The notes below the pieces were generated by a model that ran no database searches, was not told the DNA's origin, and worked only from the letters and a program-made list of their open reading frames with translations. Source: Promethearchaeota archaeon (GTDB lineage Archaea; Asgardarchaeota; Lokiarchaeia; Sigyniarchaeales; SOKP01). From it: DNA of 64,000 nt. Location: the NCBI GenBank assembly GCA_019058445.1, contig JAHPZA010000009.1, positions 729,023-793,022 of the forward strand. The letters run 5' to 3'. The position numbers were made by a program, and so were the translations under genes. Below, in pieces: positions 41,900 to 50,431 of this stretch. Position 1 is the first letter of the stretch. Every line of letters begins with the position of its first letter.

Positions 41900-43556
41900 A
41901 TTTGCTTGTGATACGTCTGTAATCTTTAATGGTCAAATCATAAATCTCATAGAAGATGGAGAATTAGGAGAAAAACCAGAAATTTTTATTTCAAATATAG
42001 TACTTGCAGAAGTTGAATACAGAACAAATATCCATAAAGAAATTGGGTATTTTGGATTAAACGTATTGAAACATTTGAGAGAACTTCATGATAATGGAGA
42101 AATCACACTTCACATTGTAGGTAAGCGCCCTACAAGAGAGGAAATCAAAATGAGTCCGGGAGGAGAACTTGATGCCTTAATTAGAGAGTCTGCGCGTGAG
42201 AATGATGCAGTATTAATCACAGCAGACCGAATTCAAGGTGATGTAGGTGCATTTGAGGGATTAGAAATATTATTTGCCTGGGAAAAAAAACCTAAAACAG
42301 AAATATTACCACAATCTCTTAAATTGATTTCTTATTTTGATGATGAAACGATGAGTGTTCATCTTAAACGTAATTTAGCGCCATATGCTAAAAAAGGACG
42401 GCCCGGTGATTGGCGTTTACAAAAAATATCCGAAGAACCGATATCAACCCAATTAATTGAAGATATCGCCCTTGAAATTATTGAAAACGTTAGAGAGGAC
42501 GAGCATTCTTTTATTGAGATCGAAAAAGAAGGTGCTCTTGTAGCCCAACTTCGTGAGTTTAGAATTGTAATAACACGCCCTCCGTTTTCTACAGATGTGG
42601 AAATTACTGCTGTGCGGCCTCTTGTGAGTTTAACATTAAATGATTATGCTATTGATAAAAGGCTAAAAACTAGGCTCAATAAAGCAGAGGGAATATTAGT
42701 TGCAGGACCACCAGGAGCAGGGAAATCTACATTCTCTGCAGCTTTAGCTAATTATTATTTAGAACAAGATAAAGTAATTAAAACTCTTGAGAGTGTAAGA
42801 GATTTGCAGGTAAGACCTGAAATTACACAATATACTAAATTAGAGGGAAGTCTTGAAAATTCTGCGGATGTGCTATTACTTGTAAGACCTGATTTTACAA
42901 TATTCGATGAAGTACGGGTATTTGAAGATTTTAAAATTTATTCAGATTTTCGGTTATCTGGTGTAGGTATGGTTGGAGTGGTTCATTCTTCTTCTGCAAT
43001 TGATGCTATCCAAAGATTTATAGGAAGAATCGAACTTGGAATGATACCTTCCATAATTGATACTATCATTTTTATCGAGGGTGGTGATATTTCTACTGTT
43101 TTAACTTTAAAAATGACAGTAAAAGTCCCTCACGGATTTAGAGATAAAGACCTTGCCAGACCAGTGGTAGAAGTTAGAAATTTTGATAATGGTCGACTTG
43201 CTTTTGAAATCTATAGTTTCGGACAAGACGTAGTTATAAATCCAATCAATCCATTAAAAACAAAAAGACCAACAAAAGATTTTGAATTTTCTAGGGAGTT
43301 TATACCGGGTAAAAGGGGGAAAGCTCCAAAAGAAAAAATCGAACTAGATGTAATTATTGAAAAGGAAAAAGTTATCATAAAAGCCGATCTCAATTATGCT
43401 AGTCAAAACATAGAAATATATGCAGATGGAAAACACATTTTTACTGGCTCACTGAGTAGAAAAAGTGAAATTAATCTTTCATTATTAAATAAAGAGGGAA
43501 GAAGAATTCTTAAAGAACTAGACAGGAATAAAGATATTTATGGAAAGATTAAATAG
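41889..43556 (+). CDS. PIN-domain ATPase (PINA; PINc/VapC-family ATPase); probable start ATG 41889
   Basis: DTSV PIN motif, GPPGAGKST Walker A, LLLVRPDFTIFDEVR and GVGMVGVVH. Confidence 0.92.
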   Translation: MQDKFACDTSVIFNGQIINLIEDGELGEKPEIFISNIVLAEVEYRTNIHKEIGYFGLNVLKHLRELHDNGEITLHIVGKRPTREEIKMSPGGELDALIRESARENDAVLITADRIQGDVGAFEGLEILFAWEKKPKTEILPQSLKLISYFDDETMSVHLKRNLAPYAKKGRPGDWRLQKISEEPISTQLIEDIALEIIENVREDEHSFIEIEKEGALVAQLREFRIVITRPPFSTDVEITAVRPLVSLTLNDYAIDKRLKTRLNKAEGILVAGPPGAGKSTFSAALANYYLEQDKVIKTLESVRDLQVRPEITQYTKLEGSLENSADVLLLVRPDFTIFDEVRVFEDFKIYSDFRLSGVGMVGVVHSSSAIDAIQRFIGRIELGMIPSIIDTIIFIEGGDISTVLTLKMTVKVPHGFRDKDLARPVVEVRNFDNGRLAFEIYSFGQDVVINPINPLKTKRPTKDFEFSREFIPGKRGKAPKEKIELDVIIEKEKVIIKADLNYASQNIEIYADGKHIFTGSLSRKSEINLSLLNKEGRRILKELDRNKDIYGKIK

Positions 43557-43595
43557 ATAATTATAAAAATAAAAAAAAAGAATATTATATTTTAT

Positions 43596-44882
43596 TTAAG
43601 CTTTAATTGAAGTAAGATCTACTCCTTTTGTTTCTTTAATGTATTTATAGACTAAAGGTACATTTATGAATAATGGTATTGAAAAGAGTATAAATGCCAT
43701 CCCTAAGCCTAAAAATAGCACAACAATACCTCCCAAAAGTAATCCACTGGTAATACCAAGAGCAGAGATAAAACCTCTTAGACCACCAGCAGTACCTCTT
43801 TTATCAGTTGGGACAATTTCAACTGTTACAATTCGTATACCTCCTATCAATCCCCACCATGCACCGTAGACCAAACCAAAGAAGATCCAAGTAATAATAC
43901 TCGTTCCCATTCCAATATTGACTAGCATAACAACAATAATTACAAATATTGGAAGTAATATTGACCAGAAATATAATACAAACTTTCTTCCTATTTTGTC
44001 CCCGGTTATTCCAGAAACGATATATGCGGATAGAATCATAGTTGCAGTAATTAATACGGCTGTATTTACTTGGCTTTCACTCACTCCTCCTTGGGTCCTC
44101 AAATATTCCTGCCCAACTATACAGAACAGATAACTTAGCCCATTTGTAAGAGCTAAGAATAAAACTACAATATATTCAGTTCTTCGGGAGGATTTAAATA
44201 ATGCTTTGACATTTTCCGTAAATGATGGAGTTTCCACTTTTTCTCCAGATTCTTTATGTTCCTTATAGGTCGAAGTTTCCTTGAGAGTGAATAAGACGAG
44301 TATTGTACATAAAAATCCTAAGATTACTGCAAACCACGATAAGCCCCTCCATGCGCCAACAGGGGAAGTCTCTGTAATAAAGACACCCCGAAGTATAGAT
44401 GATACAAAGACTCCAATAATCCCTCCAGACACAATAATATTAGCCCAAATGGCTCTTTTATCGTCTGGACATTCCTCATTAATGTATATCATCCAGATAT
44501 CGGAACTAAAGAACAGATAGAGCAGAAACAAAAAGACAATATACATGATGAAAGTTGTAGATAAGATCATCATGAGAGAGGCAAACGCCATTCCAAAACA
44601 AGTAAAAGCAAGTATCTTTTTTCTTCCAATTCTATCTGCCATATATTGATTTACAAAGACAAAATACATTCCTATTGTTGCAATACCAGCTCCTATGGAA
44701 TAAATTGCTTGTGCGGTATTCCGATTCATGTCTGCTAAGAATTCATCTATTATATTCGAGGGGATCACCAACGGATAAGCTGTTGTGTAAGCATCGAGTA
44801 TTTCTATTAGAATTAAGACAAACACTAAATACCGAAAATAGCCCTTTGACACTCTTAAAGAGCTACTAGAAGATTCGGTCAT
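43596..44882 (-). CDS. MFS transporter
   Basis: ADRIGRKK, GDKIGRK, PTDKRG and KETKG motifs; about 12 TM. Confidence 0.9.
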   Translation of the reverse strand: MTESSSSSLRVSKGYFRYLVFVLILIEILDAYTTAYPLVIPSNIIDEFLADMNRNTAQAIYSIGAGIATIGMYFVFVNQYMADRIGRKKILAFTCFGMAFASLMMILSTTFIMYIVFLFLLYLFFSSDIWMIYINEECPDDKRAIWANIIVSGGIIGVFVSSILRGVFITETSPVGAWRGLSWFAVILGFLCTILVLFTLKETSTYKEHKESGEKVETPSFTENVKALFKSSRRTEYIVVLFLALTNGLSYLFCIVGQEYLRTQGGVSESQVNTAVLITATMILSAYIVSGITGDKIGRKFVLYFWSILLPIFVIIVVMLVNIGMGTSIITWIFFGLVYGAWWGLIGGIRIVTVEIVPTDKRGTAGGLRGFISALGITSGLLLGGIVVLFLGLGMAFILFSIPLFINVPLVYKYIKETKGVDLTSIKA

Positions 44883-45006
44883 AAATATGAATCGATATTA
44901 ATCTATATAAATATTTGCCGTTTCTGATTAAGTAAAAAAAGAATAAATAGACAACAATGGAAAAAATGAATTTTTAAAAAAAAAAAATAATTATAAGTAA
45001 TTTGAC

Positions 45007-46233
45007 TTACCTTTCTTCTTGCACTGCTTCTAAAACCTTACCTTTAGTTTCATAGGGCTTTATTAATAGGGTAATCAAAGGGATAATCATAAAGATACCG
45101 CCCCATATGAAAAATCCACCCATAGTGGGATATGCTATTAATAAAACAAACGCAACCAGGGGGCCAATTACATATGCGGCACGAACTGCTGTGTAAGAGA
45201 CGCCTACAGCGGTAGACCTGATTTTAGTTGGAAATATTTCTGCAAAATACACCATAATCCAAGCTAGAATAATCGGCATAAATAAGTAAATCATAAAGAA
45301 GAAGATTGTTGTACCACCGGTAATTCCAAGACCTATGAATCCAATTACGGAACCAGTACATCCAATAATCATCGTACCATTTCTCCCCACCTTCTCCATC
45401 AAAATTCCAGATAAGATAGCACCAACCATCGTAAGTAATGCTGCAACTGTGAGTATGCTACGAAATTGAGGTTCTGACCAACCCAAAATGTTCATATAGT
45501 AATATGCACCCCAAGATCGAATAAGAATATATGAAATTGTCCACATACTATATACAATGGTACACATTAAAACGTAAATCATATCCGTTCTTTTCATTTC
45601 TTTAAGTGCTTCTTTTAATTTCAGAAGTCTAGATTCTCTTTTTGTGTGTTCAATCTCCCATCTCTGCGGTTCTTTCATGAAGTACCACATAACACAAAGT
45701 CCTAACATAAAGAAGAACCATATCCCATATGCCCAACGCCATCCTATACTTGTCGCTATAGGACCTGCTACAAATGCCCATATAGGTATTACACCTATAA
45801 GAAATGCGATGCTACCATATAGAGCTCTCTTCGCCGGGGGCGATTCCTCAGCTACAGGAATTTCCCAAATATTTGAAAGAGTTCCTAAGATCATAATTGA
45901 ATACAGTATCATGAACCAATGGAAGTTACCTTCAGTTGTGAAAACAATTAAAAGAGCGGGAATACCTAATACTAACATTAGAAATAACATCCCTTTTCTC
46001 CTTCCATATGCATCTGCAACCCATGCTATAATGAAAACTGCAAAAGTAATAATCCCGTAAATTCCTTGCCAGAACGCAAATTCTGCTGCTGTTATTCCAT
46101 AATCTTGAAGAATAAAGGGTATGAGAGGGCCCTCAATTTGAGATAAGCTTTGATCAAGAAGTCCAATAAGTCCCATGAATATTACAAGGAAAGCAACATA
46201 TCCACCTGACCTTTGTTCAAATTCTTCTGACAT
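45007..46233 (-). CDS. MFS transporter
   Basis: ADAYGRR, EKVGR, EIFPTKIRS and ETKG motifs. Confidence 0.9.
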   Translation of the reverse strand: MSEEFEQRSGGYVAFLVIFMGLIGLLDQSLSQIEGPLIPFILQDYGITAAEFAFWQGIYGIITFAVFIIAWVADAYGRRKGMLFLMLVLGIPALLIVFTTEGNFHWFMILYSIMILGTLSNIWEIPVAEESPPAKRALYGSIAFLIGVIPIWAFVAGPIATSIGWRWAYGIWFFFMLGLCVMWYFMKEPQRWEIEHTKRESRLLKLKEALKEMKRTDMIYVLMCTIVYSMWTISYILIRSWGAYYYMNILGWSEPQFRSILTVAALLTMVGAILSGILMEKVGRNGTMIIGCTGSVIGFIGLGITGGTTIFFFMIYLFMPIILAWIMVYFAEIFPTKIRSTAVGVSYTAVRAAYVIGPLVAFVLLIAYPTMGGFFIWGGIFMIIPLITLLIKPYETKGKVLEAVQEER

Positions 46234-46406
46234 TTTTAATCATTTTAATTTATTTTTTATATTAGAATTTCTCCATAAATTGTATGTTATGTCTTCTTTA
46301 AGATGTTTAACTATTTAAAGGTAGAATTTCCTTTAAAAAGAAAAAAAGGATAAAAAAAATTAATGAAATATCCTAAAATTATTAATACGTTATAGATATG
46401 TTTATA

Positions 46407-47198
46407 TTAATCTTTCTCTATTAAATCTTTTACTTTTTCAATGATTGGAGGCAGAACATCTATAATATCATCAAAGAATCTTAAATCTGCTACTCTATCA
46501 TAGGGTGTTTCTCCTCTATTTAAAATTATGAGTTTAGAACCCGATTGTTTCGCAATCCCCGGCATATTAGCCGCAGGGGTTACGACTAGAGAAGATCCAA
46601 TTACAAAAAACACATCTGAAGCTTCAGACCTCCTCATAGATTCATATAATTCATCTTCTGGCAGAGGATCTCCGAAATTTACTATACTATTAATTATCCT
46701 CCCCCCGCACTGCGGACATTTTGGCTGACCATCCTTAATTCCATCTGTTCTATATCCTTTTCCCCATTTATTCTTATCCCATCCTGCCTCTTCGAAAAGC
46801 ATTTTTTTATTACATTGTAGGCATTTCATGTAGTACATGTTTATGGCATATGATGAATACTATCATATGTTTCCATGAAGTTCTGCCAGCTTTTCAAAGG
46901 GGATCCCTGATTTCGCATGAAGCCCGTCAACATTCTGAGAAATTAAGTAGTCTAATTTCCCAATTTTCAATAATTCTACAATAGAAAAGTGAGCGATATT
47001 TGGTTTTACTTGGTCCCATGGAGGGGATTTTGGAGGAGGTAGCCCTGCATCCCTACGAGTCCACACTCCATCCGGTCCACGATAATCTGGTAGACCACTA
47101 TGAGTGGAAACTCCTGCTCCAGTAAAGACTACGAGTTGTTCAGATTCAGCAATCCATTTTGCTGCTAAATCGATTTTTTCTTTAAGTTCTGGTTCCAT
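46407..47198 (-). CDS. Sir2-family NAD-dependent deacylase interrupted by a 30-nt putative intron; join of 47198..46871 and 46840..46407 gives 253 aa
   Basis: The two ORF-track pieces are in the same frame and colinear with the intact paralog; no other lesion seen. Pseudogene is the alternative reading. Confidence 0.8.
46841..46870 (-). other. Putative bulge-helix-bulge-type mRNA intron (30 nt)
   Basis: mRNA reads AUGG-AA^A-CAUAUGAU-aguauuc-AUCAUAUG-CCAU-AA^A; contains in-frame UGA UAG; removal restores CAU GGA AAC AUG. Confidence 0.75.
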
Positions 47199-47339
47199 AA
47201 TACACAAATAAAATTACTATTTATAAAAAGATATTGTCCAAAATCTAAATTTAAAATACTGAAAATAAAAAGTCATATTTTTCAGATTAAAGGAAAATTG
47301 TTGTTTTAGTATCTCTTTAAATAATTATGATATCATAAT

Positions 47340-48110
47340 TTAGCGTGCATGATCCACCCCTACCATTTCTTTAACTTTTTCTACAATAGGAGGTAATACA
47401 TCAGCAATAGAATCAGAGAACCTCAAATCAGCTATATTGTCATATGGGGTTTCTCCTTGGTTGAGAATGATTAATTTCGCACCACTTTGTCGAGCAAGAC
47501 TAGGCATATGTGCTGCAGGATATACTACTAAAGATGACCCTATAACGAAAAATACATCACTTTCTGCTGATCTTCTCATTGATTCTTGTAAATCATCTTG
47601 GGGTAATGGGTCTCCAAAATTAACAATACTATTAATTAACCTTCCTTCACAATCCGGACATCTTGGGTGTCGTTTTCGTGGTTTTGACATTCGAAATCCC
47701 ATTCCATGTAGTCGTCTATTCCATCCTGCTTCTTCAAATGTTAACTTTTTTCCACAACCTAAACATCTCATAAGTTGCATATTTCCGTGTAATTCTGCAA
47801 GTTTTTCAAAGGGGATACCAGATTTTATGTGAAGCCCATCTATATTTTGGGATATTAAATAATCTAGCTTTCCCATTTCTAATAACTCTACTATTAAATA
47901 ATGAGCGATGTTAGGGTTAACTTTATCCCATGGAGGAGACTTAGGAGGGGGTAGACCAGCATCTCTCCGAGTCCACAGCCCATCTGGGCCACGAAAGTCA
48001 GGTAATCCGCTATCTGTGGATATACCCGCCCCGGTAAATATTACTAGTCGTTCAGATTCGGCAATCCATTTTGCGGCTAAATCTATTTTTTCTTTAAGAT
48101 CTGATTCCAT
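47340..48110 (-). CDS. Sir2-family NAD-dependent deacylase, intact copy (class IV / SIRT6-7-like); probable start ATG 48110
   Basis: [30 protein letters not shown], two CxxC, GSSL and LN motifs. Confidence 0.93.
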   Translation of the reverse strand: [256 protein letters not shown]

Positions 48111-48253
48111 AGTACACAAATAAAATAACTATTAATAAAAACATATTGTAATTAGTTAAAAAGAACCTAATTAAAAAGATATCCTACATTAAAATCAAAA
48201 AAATTAATTAATACTTGTATAACTATATAATAAAATCACGGAAGGAATTTAAA

Positions 48254-49669
48254 ATGGCGAAAAAGAAATCAAAAAAGAAAATTTCAAAGGATTACGATTT
48301 CAAATTATTACTACAGTCAATGACAGTTGCGAAAATTAAGGAACTAATTGATTATTACAATGAGAAATTTGTCATCAATGGACCGAAAGATGAATTGTTA
48401 AAGCGATTTTCTACCCTTAAGAAAGCAGAACTGGTGGAATTTGTTGATGCTGCTTTTACTAAGGCGGAGAAGGATGAATTGTATGATGAATTTGCCCCTG
48501 AAATTATACAGACTATAATGACTGATGCTCTTTCTCTAGTTAGTGGCGAACATAAAGTTGAACAAATTCATAATGCGTCAGTTATTTCTGGAGGAAAAGG
48601 CTATAGAGTATGGTTTAAAGGAAAATATGGCTCGAATCGCGCATCTTTGCAAATTCTGGATGATTCCACTAAAAAGAGTTGTACTTGTAGATTAGGAAGC
48701 ATAGATGGGATCTGTATGCATCAAATGGCTATTTATCTGATGCTTTTGAGTAAAAAAGCAATCTCTTTAGATAACATGCCTTTCAATGTTGATGAAAAAT
48801 GGTTTAAGTCTATACAGAAAAGGTTAGATCTGCTAGCAGCTCAAAGTTTATTTAAAGAAGACCCGACTATTATGCTTTCGAATGATTACTCCATCTATGT
48901 AAGCGGAGACCTTGTTACATTGCAATGGGGAGGGGATTATGCGGGGCGAACTACCAAGGATATCTCAGAGGAAGGGGGGGATGTAGATGAATGGGTTGCT
49001 CAAAAAGTGGTGGATATACTCCTTAAACCTATTAAAGTAAAAACAAAGGAGGGGGCGCCAAATAAATTAGTTATTGATTCTTATGGAATTATTTCAAAAA
49101 TAATGGGGAATCCTAAGTTAAAAGAGAAAATTTTGAAAAAGTTTGCTAAACTTGAAGATCCAGACCTACCCTCTGATGAACAATCTCTTGAAGAGTTTCT
49201 AAGAAGTGATTTAAAAGAGCAGACCGCAGATTTAAAGATTGACCCCCCATTTGAAGCTTATATGGGAAACGAGCCATTTCTATTCATAAGTTATACACAT
49301 AAGGATAAATCAGAAGTATACCCCATAATAGAAAAATTATATAACAACGGAATTAATATTTGGTATGATGAAGGAATCCCTTTGAGTACTGATTGGTGTA
49401 ATACCCTCGCAGAAAAAATTTTGGATTGTCAAGTCTTTTTATCATTTATTTCTCCCCATGTAAATGAATCGGATAACACTCAAGACGAAATACAATTTGC
49501 AATAAACGAAAAAAAAACCTTTCTTGCGGTGTATTTAACCGAAGGGGATCTTTCTCCTGGATTAAAAATGAGAATGAGGAGAATTCAGGGTATTGAAAAA
49601 TTCCAAATGGACCAAGAGAGATTTTATGACAAGCTATTGAACGAAATTAATAGAATAGTAAGCAACTAA
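48254..49669 (+). CDS. HeH/SAP-like + SWIM zinc finger + C-terminal TIR domain protein (probable start ATG 48254)
   Basis: MTVAKIKEL...LKKAELV; CTC......CMH; FISYTHKD, WYD and QDEIQFA. Confidence 0.8.
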   Translation: MAKKKSKKKISKDYDFKLLLQSMTVAKIKELIDYYNEKFVINGPKDELLKRFSTLKKAELVEFVDAAFTKAEKDELYDEFAPEIIQTIMTDALSLVSGEHKVEQIHNASVISGGKGYRVWFKGKYGSNRASLQILDDSTKKSCTCRLGSIDGICMHQMAIYLMLLSKKAISLDNMPFNVDEKWFKSIQKRLDLLAAQSLFKEDPTIMLSNDYSIYVSGDLVTLQWGGDYAGRTTKDISEEGGDVDEWVAQKVVDILLKPIKVKTKEGAPNKLVIDSYGIISKIMGNPKLKEKILKKFAKLEDPDLPSDEQSLEEFLRSDLKEQTADLKIDPPFEAYMGNEPFLFISYTHKDKSEVYPIIEKLYNNGINIWYDEGIPLSTDWCNTLAEKILDCQVFLSFISPHVNESDNTQDEIQFAINEKKTFLAVYLTEGDLSPGLKMRMRRIQGIEKFQMDQERFYDKLLNEINRIVSN

Positions 49670-49682
49670 TGAAATAAAAATA

Positions 49683-50417
49683 CTATATGTTTTTTTCTTT
49701 TTTTAATAACCTTATCAAATGGTTTAGATTATCTTCCAGACCATATTCTTTTACTCTATAAAAAGGTTCCTCTATCAAACCAAGTTGTTTTGAATTATGC
49801 GCATCACTTCCAATACTCACGGGAATTTTATGATTCCTTAACTTTTCGAAAAATACAAGATATTTAGGGGAATAAAATTGTGAATAACTTGAATTGAATT
49901 CAAAGAAGACATTACATTTTCTTAGAAATTGGATCAGTCTATCTATTCCAGTATATATAAAATTTGAGGGATCAAAATGAGCTAATCCGAATAGTGGGAG
50001 ATTATCAAACGAGATCTTTCTTTGCCAATAATTAATTAGGTTATTGATAAAGGCAAGACCTTCAAAAGTCTCCAAGTATTCAAATAATATGATATCAAAT
50101 TTGCACGGTTCTATAAGATTTTTTATAAATTCTTCAGAACTTCCAAGATCTACCTCTATTCCTTTATAGAGCAGGAGATTTTTCGAATTTGAGTTCAAAT
50201 AACTTTGGCAGTTTGAGATTTCATCTAAATAGGTTTCAATTTTTTCAACAGAGTTTAAAGTGGGCATTAATCCAGACTTCCAAGAATTTGTGAAATGATC
50301 AGTAATCGCTAGATAATTTAATCCAATCTTGACAGCTTTAGCAACAATTTTATTAATCGAATTTTTTCCGTCAGAATAAATTGAATGACAATGTAGATTA
50401 ATTTTAGGAAAATTCAT
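49683..50417 (-). CDS. PHP-domain phosphoesterase
   Basis: LHCHS.YSDG, ITDH, GIE, LAH and GSDAH motifs. Confidence 0.9.
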   Translation of the reverse strand: MNFPKINLHCHSIYSDGKNSINKIVAKAVKIGLNYLAITDHFTNSWKSGLMPTLNSVEKIETYLDEISNCQSYLNSNSKNLLLYKGIEVDLGSSEEFIKNLIEPCKFDIILFEYLETFEGLAFINNLINYWQRKISFDNLPLFGLAHFDPSNFIYTGIDRLIQFLRKCNVFFEFNSSYSQFYSPKYLVFFEKLRNHKIPVSIGSDAHNSKQLGLIEEPFYRVKEYGLEDNLNHLIRLLKKEKNI

Positions 50418-50431
50418 AATTGCAATAACAA

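Noticed and set aside
46860-46865. UGA/UAG readthrough as selenocysteine or pyrrolysine in the split sirtuin
   Set aside because: Two consecutive stops lie inside a 10-codon insert at the active-site motif, the position is not a Cys site, and no SECIS is evident. Excision explains it better.
46835-46876. Transposon footprint or MITE with 6-bp target duplication AAACAT
   Set aside because: Not excluded, but disfavoured: it does not explain the CCAU complementary to the exon or the exact 3-4-3 bulge-helix geometry, and no transposase is in the window.
46407-49669. Canonical Thoeris defence system
   Set aside because: The sirtuins have Zn-binding deacylase features with no SLOG or Macro domain, and the genes are divergent rather than operonic.
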